64,000 nt of DNA from the human T2T-CHM13v2.0 reference genome, Homo sapiens: NCBI RefSeq assembly GCF_009914755.1, contig NC_060925.1; one strand, given 5' to 3'. A program made the translations under genes and the position numbers. The notes below the pieces were generated by a model. The model was not told the DNA's origin. It worked only from the letters and a program-made list of their open reading frames with translations, and did not search any database. Positions 12,953 through 26,699 of the stretch are shown one piece after another. How positions within the stretch are numbered: the stretch's first letter is position 1; each line of letters opens with the position of its first letter.

Positions 12953-15379
12953 TCCATTTTTTATGTTCCCTCCAATTTTTTAACTCAGTGTTTTATGATT
13001 TTTATTATAAAGTTCTTTTACTTCTTCAATTGAGTTTATTTCTATGTGTTTCACATTATTTATAGCTATTATATATGAGATTCCTTTCTTTTTTTTTCTA
13101 GATTGTTTGCTGTTGGCATATATAAATGCTACAGATTTTTGTAAGTTAATTTTGTATCTTGCAACTTTATTGAATTTGTCAGTTCTAATAGTATTTTGGT
13201 GGGGTCTTTAGGTTTTTCCAAATACAAGTTTATAACCTTTGCAAAGAAAGATAATTTCACTTCTTTCTTTCCAATTTTGTTGCCCTTCATTTCTTTCTCT
13301 TGTCTAATTCCTCTGGCTAGAATTTCCACTACTATGTTGGATAAAAGTGGGCATCCTGGTTTTGTTCCAGATCTTAGAGAAAAGGCTCTCAGCTTTTCCC
13401 TATTCAATATACTATCTGTGGGTTTTTATTGTGTTGAGTTATGTTCCTTCTATATCCAGTTTTATGAGAATTTTTATCAGGAAAGGATGTTGAACTGTAT
13501 CAAATGAACTTTTTGGCATTAACTAAAATCATCATATATTAATAGATTTGTCCTTCATTCTGTTGATGTGATGTCTCATATTAATTTATTGGTATATGTT
13601 GAACCATTCTTGCCTTCCTGGGATGAATCTCCCTTGATCATGATAGATAAACTTTCTAAAGTGTTGTTAAATTTGATTTGCTAATATTTAATTAAGGATA
13701 TTGGTGTCTATTTTCATGAGTGATATTGGCTTGTAGTTTTCTTTTCACATATTTTTGTCTGGATTTAGTATCAGGGTAATACTGGCCTCATAGAATGAGT
13801 TTGAAAGTATTCCCTCTTTGATTTTTTAGAATAGTTTTAGCAGAATTGGTATTAGTTATTCTCTAAATGTTTGATAGAATTAAACAGTGAAGCCTCAGAT
13901 CCTAGGATATTCTTTGATGGGAGACTTTTTATTACTGCTTCTGCCTAATTGCTTGTTATTTGCCTGTTCAGGTTTTGAATTTCTTTGTGACTAAATCTTG
14001 GAAAGTTGTATATGTTTAGGAATTTGTCCATTTCTTGTAGGTTCTCATTTATCAGCATATAATTGCTCATAATATTCTCTGGTGATCATTTGAATTTCTG
14101 TGGTATCAGTTACAATGTCTCATTTTTCATCTCTAATTTTATTTATTTGGGTCTTCTCTTTTTATTTGTTAGTCTGGCTACAGGTTTGATATTTTTATCT
14201 TTTCAAAAAACCAACTTTTAATTTCCTTGATCTTTTTTTTTTAGTGTTGATTTTATTTATTTCTGCTCTGATCTGTATTATTTCTCCTACTAATTTTGGG
14301 TTTGGTTTGTTCTTGCTTTTCTAGTTCTTAAAGATGCATTATTAGATTATTAATTTGATGTGTTTCTACTTTTTTTGGTGTAGGCATTTGTTGCCATAAA
14401 CTTCTCTCTTAGTATTGCTTTTGATGTATTCCATAGATTTTGGCATGTTTTATTTCCATTTTCATTTGTTTCAAGACATTTTTTGAATTTTTTTCTTAAT
14501 TTCTTTATTAACCAAATGATCATTGAGGAGCATATTGTTTAATATCATGTGTTTATACAGCTCCAAAATTCCTCCTATTGTTGATTTCTAGTTCTATTCC
14601 ATTGTGGTTAAAATAATACTTGATATGGTTTTATTCTTTTTGAATGTTTTTGTGGCCTAACATGTGGCCTATTCTTGAGAATGTGTATGCACTGAGGAGA
14701 ATTTATTTTTCACCATTTGGAAAAATATTCTATAAATATCTGTTAGATCCATTTGATGTATAGAGCAGATTAAGTGTAATGTTTATTTGTTGATTTTCTG
14801 TCTGGACTACCTTTTCAATGCTGAAAGTGGGGTGAACTCCCAAGGTATTGTTACATTGGGGTCTATCTTTTTCTTTAGCTCAAATAATATTTGGTTTATA
14901 CATCTGGGTGCTCCAGTGATGGATGTATACATAGTTTACAATTGTTATACTCTCTGGCAGAATTGACCTCTTTGTCATTATATAATGACCTTTTTGCCTC
15001 TTTTTTATCAGTTTTTGTCTTGAACTCTATTTTATTTGATATAATTATAAGCACTTCTAGAGCTCTTTTTTGCTTTACATTGGCATGGAATATCTTTTTT
15101 TATACCTTTTTTTTTTTATTTTAGTCTATGTGTCTTGATGGGTGAAGTGAGTTTTTTATAGGCAGCACATAGTTGGGTCTTGCTTTTATATCCATTCAGC
15201 CACTCTATGTCTTTTGATTTATTTTAGCCCATGTATATGCAACGTTATTATTGATAGAAAAGCATTTAAAACTGCTATTTTGTTATTTGTCTTCCAGTTG
15301 TTTTGTTGGTCCTCTTTTTCTTTTTTCTTCTTTCCTTCCTGTGTTCCTTTCTGTAAGAGTGATTTTGCCTGATAGTGTA

Positions 15380-15744
15380 TTTATTAGTCTGTTGTCACAC
15401 TGCTGTAATGATACTACCTGAGACTAGGTGATTTATGAACAAAGGAAGTTTATTAGATTCACAGTTCTGCATGGCTGGGGAGGCTTCAGGAAACTTACAA
15501 TTATGGTACAAGGCAAAGAGGAAGCAAGGCATGCCTTACATGGCAGCAGGAGAGAGAGAGAGTGCAGGGGAAACAGCCACTTTTAAAACCATCAGATCTC
15601 ATGAGAACTAACTCACTGTCATGAGAATGGCATGGGGAAAACTGCCCCATGATCCCATCACCTCCCATCAGGTCTCTCCCTCAATACATGGGGATTACAA
15701 TTCAAGATGAAATTTGGGTGGGGACCCAGAGACAAACCATATTA
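15380..15744 (-). mobile_element. THE1D-like MaLR solo LTR inside L1MA
   Basis: tattagtc...ggctggggaggcttcaggaaacttacaa...aaaccatatta; 5-bp TSD gtgta/gtata. Confidence 0.88.
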
Positions 15745-18700
15745 GTATATTTTAATGTCTTGCTTTTTTATTTTTTGTGTACATGTTATAGCTTTTTATT
15801 TTGTGGTTACTATAAGGCTTGTAAATATCATCTTATAACCAATTATTTTAGACTGATGACAACTTAACTTTGATTATAAAGAAAAGAAAAAACAAGCAAG
15901 CAAAGACAAAACTAAGAGACTCTCACAACTTAACTCAATCTTCTCCACTTCTTGACTTTTTGTTGTCTGTCTTCTTATATTGTCTATTTCTTAAAAAGGC
16001 ATTGTAGTTATTATTTTTGATAGGTTTGCCATCCAGTCTTCCTGCTAAACATGTGAATGGCTTACATACCACAATTACAGTTTTAGAGTATTCTGTATTT
16101 GTCTTTGTACTTAGTATTACTAGTGATTTTCATACCTTCATATGATTTCTTATTATTTATTGATGTCCTTTGCTTTCAGATTAAAGATCTCCCTTTAGCA
16201 TTTCTTATAAGACAAATCTGATATTGACAAAATCTCTTAGCTTTTGTTTGTCTGGAAATGTATTTATTACTCCTTCATGTTTGAATAACAATTTTGATGG
16301 ACATAATATTCAAGGTTGGAAGTTTTTCCCTTCAGCACATTTTATATGCCATCTCATATTCTCCTGGACTGTAAGTTTTCTGTGAGAAGTCTGCTGCATT
16401 CATATCAGAGTTGCATTATATGATTTTTGCTTATTTATCTTGCTACTTTTATGATTTTTTTAAAATCCTTAACCTTTGAGAGTTTTGCTAATATATGCCA
16501 TGAAGTTGTTATTCATATTGAGTCTACTTGGTGTTCTATGAACTTCTTGTACCAGGATATTCATTTTTCTCTAGGTTTGGAAAGTTGTTTGTTATCATTT
16601 ATTTGAATAAACTATCTACCTAAATCTCTCTCTCACTACATCCTCTTTAAGGTGAATAACTCAAAAGTGTGCTTTTTTGAGACTATTTTTTAGATCTTAC
16701 AGGCATGCTTTATTCTTTTTTCTCCTTTGTGTATTTTCATGTAGCCTATCTTCAAATTAATTATGTCTTCTGCTTGATCAATTCTGCTGGTAAGAGTCTC
16801 TAATACACTTCAGTTTTCAATTGAATTTTTCATCTCCATAATTTCTGCATAATTTTTTTTATGATTTCAATGTCTTTGTTAAAGTTGTCAAATAAAATTC
16901 TGAATTCCTTATTTGTGTTACCTTGAAGTGTGCTGAGTTTCCTCAAGACAGCTGTTTTAAATTCTCAGTTTGAAAGGTCACATATCTCCATCACTCTTAG
17001 ATTGATCACTGGTGCCTTATGTAATTTGTTTGTGAGGTCATGTTTTTCTAGATATTCTTGATGCTTCTGAATGAAGGTTCATTGCTGTCTGGGCATTGAA
17101 AAGTTAGGTATTTATTCAAATCTTCACTGTCTGAGCTGTCCTTGAGAAAGCTTTTCATATATGCAAAGTGTTGTGATCTAAGTCTGTGGTCACTGTAGGT
17201 GTATCAGCACTAGTGATGAACTGTGCCCAACAATGCTGCAACTCTTGCCAACTTCTAGAGATACCACCTGAGTGGGCTTGTGTAGGATGAGGGAGAATTT
17301 CCTGAGTTACTGGGCAAAGTCTCTTTCTCTCTCGCCTCTCTTTCCCCAGTCAGAAGGAGTCTGTCTCTGTGCTGGATTGCCTAGTGTTGGGGTAAAGATG
17401 CTGTGACCACTCCTGTGGCCATCAAAACTGGCACTGCACTGGATCATACCTGAAGCCAGCACAGTACTGGGCCTCACCCAAGGCCCATTTTAACTATGGC
17501 CTGGCTACCACTGATGCTTATTCAAGTCCCATGGGCTTTTTAGTCAGTAGTGGATGAATCCTGCAGGGAGTGGGTTTGTTCCTTCAGGGCATCAGATTCT
17601 TTTCTGGCCCAGGGTGGGCCTAGAAATGTCATCCAGGAACCAAATCCTGAAAATGGACCTTCAGAAATCTGCTTGCTGCTTGATTTTACTGTGGCTGAAC
17701 TGGAACTCAAGTTGCAAGACAAAGTCCTCTGTGTTCTTCTCTCTCCTTTTCCCACACAAAAGGAGTCCCCCTCTGAGCTGCACTCCCTGGAATCAGGAGA
17801 GGGGTGATGTAAGCACTTTCTTGCCCATCATGGCTGGTAGCATACTAGGTCACATGCACCTCAAATCCACTATCTCCAAGACCAGTGAGGTTCCAAGGCT
17901 TACCCAAGGACTGCAGTCCTTGTGGGCTGGCTGCCTCTCAAATTGATTCTGGGCCCCAGGCCACTTTAGCCAGCTGGGGGTGGAACATGCAGGGACTCAT
18001 ATTCCTCTCACTGGGACAGATAATTCCCTTCTGGTACAGAGCTGGTCTAAATGGTCCCTCTGTCAGTGCCAGAAGAATGCTGCCCTGTGTTGTATTCCAC
18101 AATGACAGCACTGAATTCTGATGCAAAGTTCCACATATACTTTACTCTGTCTCCCCTAAGCCCACAGATCCTCATTCTGCATGACGTTGACAGGAGGTGG
18201 AGTAGAAGTGATATAGGCAAGCAACACTGACTTTCCTACCCTCTTCAAGGCCTCATTGCTTGATATTATGTTAAAACCAGGTACTGTGACTATTCACCTG
18301 ATTTCTTGGTTTTTATAAAGGTGCTTTCTTGAATGAACAGTTGTTGAATTTGATGTTCCTGTTGGGGTGTGATTGCTACAGGGTTCTGTTTGTCCATTTT
18401 GCTTCGCCTCTGACTCTGTGATTCTAACCAACATTTTTAAACATCCAAACAAAATTTGGAATTGTCACAGAAGATAACATTGTCACAGGAAACTAATCCT
18501 AAGACTTAAGCAATGTCTCCAAACTCAAAAAGCAGTCAGACCCTAAAACAGAGAGCCCTGTACTTCCCTGCTCCCCCATTTACATTTCAATTTTCCCTTC
18601 TAACCACAACCTTCTTCAGCAGGAACATTGCAAGAACCCACAGGTTGGTACCAGTATGGGTCTTTTGAGCCCCTCTGGCTACTCCATGATTGCAGATGAC

Positions 18701-18844
18701 TGAGTCCCTTCTGAGTCTTTCCTGAGTCTCCCCTGAGTGCTGGACCTTCCAGTTTGCTGAGTCCTGAGTTTTATTCAGCCAGTTGTTCTCACTCCTTAGC
18801 AAAGTTTTAAGACTTTTCATTTCTTAAGACTTTTCATTTCTCCC

Positions 18845-21800
18845 TAAAGGGGGCAATCACTCTGTGATTCTCCCATGTATTCATGTTTATAAATGTGTGT
18901 GTCATTTCTCCTTTAATATCCCTTGTGAGTTGATTTTTTAGTAAACTGTCCAAGAGTGAAGGGGGAGGTTTCTCTTGACCCTGTACTTTTGAAACTGTGT
19001 GCAGTATCACCAAAGCCACTCTGCTCTTTTGGAAGTCATAGTAATGGGAACCAAGGACCTGATAAGCCAATAGATGGGTAAGAACTTCTTACAGATTAGG
19101 CTCCCAGGCTCTCTTTTTGTGATCCAGTCAAGCAGATGGTAAAAAAAATAAAAATCACTGTTTGTCTCCTTTACAAAATCATGATTAATGGGAAAAAATA
19201 ATTTGTGTGACTAGCCTTGGATATGGCCACACTGGTATACATTTTGGTTTTGAATTGAATCGCTATTAAAATAAGTACACCATTGGAAATTCTAACTGTC
19301 AATGACCAAAAGATAGATTATTTAAATTAGACTCCTAAATTTTAAAAATATTTTAGAAATATATCATTCTTAATAAATTGCTTTATTCGTAGTCATGTAA
19401 AGATTAAGTTTACACTAAAACACATGTAATTGTGCCATGGCTAGCCTTAGAAATTCTCTTGTTGATAATGAAGAGCAAAAATCTGACCTGAAACAAAGTT
19501 CAAATCCTTTGTATACACAAACTGCCTCTTTGGATCCCCTGGATAATTTACCGAAAACCACTTCACCCTATGCTCCAGTGGCTAAGGTCCTGAACTTTCC
19601 TGGTTACAGCACAGGTTTAATTCCTAGTCAGATAACTGATATCATTTGTTTTAAATTATTTGTATGACTCTTAACCTTTAGGTATACCCATTTTTTATTC
19701 ATCCTTTTCCTTTCAATGGAGAGCTTTTAATTTTCTGTCCTTTCTGTCTGTGGAGTATGCAAGGATTTCGGACCTATATGGACAGGAACTCAGATGAGAG
19801 GATGACACCTTAAAGAATATGATCAGGCAGGTATGGGTTGTATTCCATTTGTGACTAGCAAGATTGTTTTCCCTTTGAGCTGTCTTTGGGGTTGTTCTGA
19901 ATCTTGCAAAGACTGCTTGATATCTAGTTCATCCTTAGTTAATTCATGACCTTTGTTAAGGCTCATTGGTTTTGGTAAGTCACTTGAAAAGCACCTTTGG
20001 CTTAAAAAGAAAAAATAATAAGGCTAGATAAAGGGTTAATTAAAAATATGACCTCAGATAAAATATTCTTACTTTTTTATTCAGAGCTATTTATGCTATG
20101 TTCATACATGAAAAATGCTTTATTCTACTCTATTAAGGGGCTCCACTCTGAAGTCAGTAACCCAATCGAGAAATAAGCTAAATGAAAAGATCACCTAGCT
20201 AATTTAATTGGTCTCCAAACTACTTTTTGTCATTCAGCTGGCTATTTTGAAACTCTTTGTAAAAAATAAAATTACATCTATAAAATAAATCTCCATTTGT
20301 AAAAACATCTCCCTCTCTTCACCTAGGCCATTAGAAACCTTCATAATGAAGAAGACTTTGGCTTAAAATTTACATTAAAAACTTTACCTTTGTTTTAGAT
20401 ATTTCTGGCAATCTTGTCTGCACTGGGCCATTTCCTTAAGCCCTTCTTTTATGTCAGCAAAATGAAAGTTTTTTGCCCTTGTGATGTAAATTTTCACCTA
20501 GGCATTATCCTTTTGGAAATGCAAATTAGGGTTGCTTACCTAACAAGTGTTTAGAGATACAGAACAGGTAATTTAGAGATTGATAGTCTAAAGCAGGGAG
20601 ATAAATTACTTAAAAACTGGTGAATAAAATCTTATAAACCTATAATATCTACTTCTGTCTATATATCTGTATGTTTATATGTTTTATGTGTATGTGATAT
20701 TTGACTTCCAAAATATATGAAAGAGTTCTAAATAATTGGCTTAGAGAAGTAAGCAGTTGAATCAAATATTTTATCAGAAAAGTAGAAATTGAAATGCCAT
20801 TTAGTTAATGCAACTTTAGTAATACTTTTAAAATAAAACTAGGCTAAAATTGTTAGCAAAATCAAATTAGAATGTCTTTGGAATTGGCAGTATTATGAAA
20901 TGATTCATACATTTTGCCTGGGACTACTGGCCAGACAGGTTTAGGCTATTTCTGCTAGATGTTTTAAGTTCGTAAAACTGTTGCTTGTTTGATTTTTCTG
21001 TGAATTAAAGCTATAAGAGTTGGCTGCTGAGCACTGCTGAAGGTTTGCACACATATTAGTGTAAGCTTGTCTTTGTTTTTAAGCTTCTGCACCCTAGGAT
21101 CTAGAGAGGTAGACACGGTAATGCCTGGGAACATGTCCTAGCATCTAGACCACCAGCACCAATCATAATCAAGCCCAATATGTCCTTGTCCTCCTAGTCC
21201 CACCTTTGTCTCCTGGCTATGTTAGGAGAGGTTATATCTTCCAGATCTGTCCTCTGTCCTATGTTCTATACTCGCATGTAAATTTAGCACTCAGGCTCTT
21301 TCCTTTATAGCCATCCTTGGGTACCACATGGATACTTAGGATACAGGGAAACTGAGGAAGATGTTGCGGGGGATGCCTGTATCATAGTTTCAAAATTCTT
21401 TTAAATAATTTAAAATCTTAAGAGCATGTTATGTTAAATTAAGTAATAGATAATTATAAAATGTCTGAGTCATTTCTGAGTATGTTAAAATGCTGAAACA
21501 TTACTTATTACACATATATTTATGATTATATACTTTGACACCTTAATTTTATATGGTACAGAAAAGCTAAATCTATTTAGACCTGTCAATTTTTAAAAAA
21601 TTGAGACTAACATTATAAAGTAGTTTTCACCAACAAATACTGGTATGAAACAGTTCAAAATGACTTACTTCCTAGGTTTTTCATAAGAAAATTAGGGTTA
21701 CTAAGAATTTATATACATAATTAAAACTACTCCATATAAAAGAAACAATTCTATATTCAAAGCATATAAAGAAAGTAATTTTTCCCCCAAGGTAGAATGC

Positions 21801-22730
21801 CCCCTGAAAAAAGTAAAGGGAAAAACCAAAGGTTAAAGTAAGTTGTAGAAGATTTGTGAAAGATTAATCTAATGAAAAAAATTTTATGTGTGATCAAGTT
21901 GGCTGCTGAAATTAAAAGAAAATTATTCATATTTTTTTCTAAAAATTGAACATTAATATCAAAAGCACACTGACAGAAGGCTAGAGTCTGGGCTCCTGTG
22001 TTGGAAGAACAAGGTTTTCTCACAGCATTGATCTTCTCTTTAATAGAAAATTGTAAAAGGTTTTTATTAACTTTTTAGGTAACTGACCTAGGAAACAGAG
22101 ATTCCATTCCATGTTTCATGAAGATAGTTTCTTGTGCTTTGTGCCTTTAAAATCTTTTGTCATTTTGGTTTTAATTCATAATGACCTGTGATCCCCTTTT
22201 GATCAAATTCTTTAAAACTTTGATATTTGACAAGTTTCACAAAGTTAAATTTGAAATTCCAAAATCAAGTCTTTTTTACTCAAACTAATTTGGACATAAC
22301 AGAAACTCCTGGATAGCCAAGGGAGATGTATTAGGGCTATTTGGTATGTTAAAAGTACACAGAAAGCATGATTTTAAAATGATGTTTAGTGTTCTTTAAG
22401 TTATATTTATATAAATGCATTATTAATACATTAATACAATCCAAAATTGTATAATAATTTTAAATTCTGACATGTCTTGGTATATGTTATGAGTCATAAT
22501 TATGGCTATTATGTTAGGTCATTGTTTGCCACAGAAATATAAACATATTTTCTCCTCAATTGTACCTTTAATCATGACTACTCTAAGTTTTTGTCATCCA
22601 CAGCTAATATACATAATTAAAACTACTAGATGTAAAAGAAACAATTCTGTATGCAGAGCATATAAAGAAAGTAATATTTTTCATAAAGTAAAATGGGCCC
22701 CCAAAAATGTATAGGACAAAATCAAAGGTT
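18845..22730 (+). mobile_element. MER4-group ERV1 fragment: 3' end of a 5' LTR (MER65/MER57-like, to ~18986) plus AT-rich non-coding internal sequence
   Basis: LTR U5 motif gagttgatttttt..aaactg..aagagtgaaggggg..ttgaccctgtac, then a degenerate PBS (tgaaactgtgtgcag, Ser-type) and a long MER4-group-like internal sequence; both ends truncated. Confidence 0.65.
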
Positions 22731-22731
22731 T

Positions 22732-25038
22732 TTTTTCTAGTGCTTGTAAAATGTATGTCTACACTATACTAAAGTCTATTGACTGCAGTGCTATTATGTT
22801 TTTTTAATGTAGATACTTTAATTTAAAAAATAATGTATTGCTAAAAAATGCTAACATAATCTGAGACTTCAATGAGTTGTAATCTTTTTGCTGGTGGAGG
22901 GTCTGGCCTCAATATTGATGACTGCTGAGTGATCAGGGTGATGATTGCTGAAGTCTGGGATGGCTGTGGCAATTTTTGAAAATAAGACAAAAATGAAGTT
23001 TGCCACATTGACTGATTCTCTTATAAATGATTTCTCTGTAGTATGCAATACTGTGTGATAGCATTTTACCCAAGGCAGAACTTCTTTCAAAATTGGAGTC
23101 AATTATCTCAAACCGTGCCACTGGTTTATCAACTAATTTAATGCAAAATTCTAAATCCTTTGTTGTCATTTCAACAATGTTCACAGGCTCTCCACCAAGA
23201 GTAGATTTCATTTCAAGTAACCAAGTTGTTCGCTCATCCATAAGAAGCAACTATTCACTTGTTTAATATTTATTGTGAGATTGCAGTAATTCAGTTATAA
23301 TTTCAGGCTTCATTTCTAATTCTAGTTTTCTTGCTATTTCTACCATATCCTCCACTGGAGTCTTGAACCCCCACCAAGTCATCCATGAAGATTGAAATCA
23401 ACTTCTTCCAATCTCCTGTTAATGTTGATATTTTGACTTCCTCCCATAAATCACAGATGTTCTTAATGGTATCTAGAATGATTAATCTTTTTCAAAGGTT
23501 TACTTTGCCCAGATTCAACAGAGGAATCGCTATCTATAATAGTTATAGCCTTGCGAAATGTATTTCTTTAATAATAAGAATTGAAAATTGAAATTACCCC
23601 TTGATCTATGGCTGCAGAATGGATGATGTGTTAGCAGGCATGAAAACAACAATAATCTTCTTGTACATCTCTATCAGAGCTTGGGTAACCAAATATTGCT
23701 GTTTATTGAATTTTCAATCAATTGATCAGATTATTGAATTTTCAATAAACAGCAAAATTTTGAAAGAAGCCTTTTTTTCTGAGCAGTAGGTTTCATCAGC
23801 GGACTTAAAGTATTCAGTAAACCATACTATAAACAGATGTGCTGTCATCCAGGTTTTGTTGTTCCACTTATAGAGCACACGAAGAGTAGATTTAACATAA
23901 GTCTGAAGTGCCCTAAGATTTTCAGAATCACAAATAAGCACTGACTTTAAGTTAAAGTCACTAGCTGCATTAGCCCCTAACAAAAGAGTCAGTCCGTCCT
24001 TTAAAGCTTTGAAGCCAGGCATTGACTTCTCTCCAGCTATGAAACTCCTAAATGGCATCTTCTTCCTATATAAGGCTGTTTGATCTACATTGAAAATATG
24101 TTGTTTAGTGTAGCCACCTTCATCAATTATCTGAGCTAGATCGTCTGGATAACTTGCTGCAGCTTCTATACCAGCACTTGCTGCTTCACCTCACACTTTT
24201 ATGTTATAGAGATGGCTTCCTTTCTTCAACCTCATGAACCAACCTCTGCTAACTTCAGACTTCTCTTCTGCGGGGTTTTCGCTTCTCTCAACTTTCACGT
24301 AATTGAAGACAGTTAGGCACTTGCTTTGGATTAGACTTTGGCTTATGAAAATGTTGTGGCTGATTTGCTCTTCTATTCAGACCACTAAACACTTTTCCAT
24401 ATCACCAATAAGGCTGTTTTGCTTTCTTATCTAAGCTGTGTCCATTTTCTTCTAGAACTTTCCCTTTGTATTCACACTTTGGCCAAATATTTTTGCACAA
24501 GAGCCCTAGAATTTAGCCTCTCTGCTTTTTGACATGTCTTCTTAACTGAGTGTAATCATTTCTAGCTTTTGATTTAATATGAGAGACTTGAAACTCTTCC
24601 TTCACTTGAACATGCAGAAACCAATGTAGGGTTATTACTTGGCCTAATTTCAATATATTTCAGGGAATAGAGACACCTGAAGAGAGGGAGAGAGGTGGGG
24701 AAATGGCTGGTCAGTGGAGCAGTCGGAATACATACAACATTGCTTAACCTTGATGTCTTACATGGGTGCAGTTTATGGCACTCCAAAATAATTACATTGT
24801 TAACATCAAGATCACTGATCACATATCATCATAACAGATATATTAATAATATGAAGTTTAAAATATTACAAGGATTATCAAAATGTGACACAGAGACACT
24901 AAACCAGCAAATGCTGTTGGGAAAAAAATGGCATAGATAGACTTGCTTGAAGTAGGCTTGCCAAAAATCTTAATTTTTAAAAAGCGCAATATCTGTAAAG
25001 AACAATAAAGCAAAGTGCAATAAAGCAAGATATCACTG
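22732..25038 (-). mobile_element. Tigger1 (TcMar/pogo) DNA transposon with decayed transposase; one end missing
   Basis: Minus ORFs with pogo DDE motifs ([35 protein letters not shown]; VEMTTKDLE); TIR ...gcaataaagcaagatatcactg followed by TA at 25039. Confidence 0.92.
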
Positions 25039-25071
25039 TATATCACTTATGTGCAGCTATCACTATATATC

Positions 25072-25198
25072 CAGTACATAATAGGTAATATTTAGGGCTA
25101 TGGAACTCAGCCATTGAGTGAAGGAGCCATAAACATTATCAACAAATGGATGTGACTTTGTTTTAATAAAACTATTTATAAAATCAGGCTGTGAGGTA
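25072..25198 (-). mobile_element. MER58A-like fragment
   Basis: gccataaac...aatggatgtgactttgttttaataaaactatttataaaatcaggc. Confidence 0.55.
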
Positions 25199-25229
25199 TA
25201 TATATATACACAAATATGTATCACTTATA

Positions 25230-25590
25230 TATCGCCTATTATAGGATAGCATCATTTTAGGCACTGTGGATGCAGTGATGACAATTTTAGATGGTGATTA
25301 GTGATAAAATTACTGGTTTATGTGGAAGGCTGGGAAGTGGTTGCCATTTTCCACAAGTTGGCCATGAAAGAACTCGCTGAAAAGGTGACATTTTACAAAA
25401 AATCTAACAAAAGAAAGACAGTCAGGCTGTCTATGGGAATCCAGGATACAGGCAGAGGAAAGGGCAGGTAAGGAGATCCTAAGGCATGAGTATGGCTGCA
25501 GTATCATTGGAAGACCAGGGATGCCAGCATGGTTGGGGTTTAGAGAGTGAGGGGGTATGGAGATGCAAGTATGAGGAGCTATAATGGACA
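25230..25590 (-). mobile_element. LINE-2 fragment
   Basis: taggcactgtggatgcagtgatga; gaaaaggtgacattt; caggcagaggaaagggcagg L2 motifs. Confidence 0.6.
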
Positions 25591-26699
25591 TTTGATAGCT
25601 TCTTGCATGTGTATTTCAGACATGTGCTTCTTTTCTCTTACCTTGTTACACTGGCAGATATGCATTATGATTCTTTCACATTGATCTCCCATGTATGTGA
25701 CAAACACATTTGCTTTTGTTTATCTGCTAACACAGCACTTTGCCAACTATTTAATAATTCATTATCAAAAGCTTGCAAACATGCAAGATATCCTGTGACT
25801 GCTGCTTTTATATTATTATACATACACTCTTTATTTGTATGTATATATATATATTTATGATCATAGGTAGTCATGGCAAACGTTAAATAGGTTAATACAT
25901 ATTATTTGTTGATATCTTCTTGTTTGGTAAGTTTATTTTTATGAAAGACTATAGAACACAATATTTGAATTCTAGAGTACTTTCAAGATTTAAAAGTCAA
26001 TATGAATATCATACACATCATTCCATTGAGCAGATATAGTCCATTTATGATGAAGGTCACATTTTAATGTCTGATGTACAAAGGAAAATAAAATTCAGAG
26101 TATTTTCTCTCCCCATGTTATCATACTTTTAAATGTAGTTATTTGGATGCAATAATTTTATATTGTTAAGGGAGATAATCTGTCAAAGTAGTTTTTTGTT
26201 TGTTTCTTTTTATGTAACTATTCTTGTTATTTTCGTAATGATTTTATTAATCACATTTGGCTTAAGAATTTGGGATCTTGTTTTCTATGATTTGACATGT
26301 TATGCCTACATATTTCTTCTTTAAGTATCATAAAACAATATATTCTAACATTTCTCTAGTCCTTATTTTCATTCTGATTTGTTGATCAGATAAAAACAAA
26401 AACTGTTATGTCAAATCTATGCTGAAGGGTGTTCTTTCTAGAAACATGGAATATTGAGAATTACCAGAACTATCTCATGTTTATTCTATATATTTTCACA
26501 TTGCCTAGCTCCATATCAGTTTAATAAATTAACAGTTATTTTAAATATTTAAGTAAAAAATTTTAAATCATTAATATATAATAAGAATTGATTTAAAAAT
26601 TTAAAAATAGCTATTCTAGAGAAATTATAGTTTAATGAGAGCCAAGCAAAGTAAGGTTGCCATTGTGCATGATCATTAAATTCGATGCGATACTAACAC

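Larger units (their letters stand above)
7200..18410 (-). mobile_element. Near full-length old LINE-1 (L1MA2-MA4-like), interrupted by three younger insertions
   Basis: L1MA 3'UTR at 7200-7790; ORF2 remnants (13129-13407 minus, EKLRAFSLRSGT..GCPL RT motif); ORF1 and GC-richer 5'UTR to ~18410 ending ccattttgcttcgcc; about 6.9 kb after removing inserts. Confidence 0.85.

Noticed and set aside
11683-13065. Cluster of plus-strand ORFs up to 148 aa
   Set aside because: Antisense frames of the GC-richer SERBP1 pseudogene; no independent coding evidence
17540-18126. Overlapping ORFs of 60-130 aa
   Set aside because: Chance frames in the L1MA 5'UTR
22869-24058. Possible domesticated TIGD-like transposase gene
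   Set aside because: Transposase is split across several frames with stops; an ordinary decayed Tigger1
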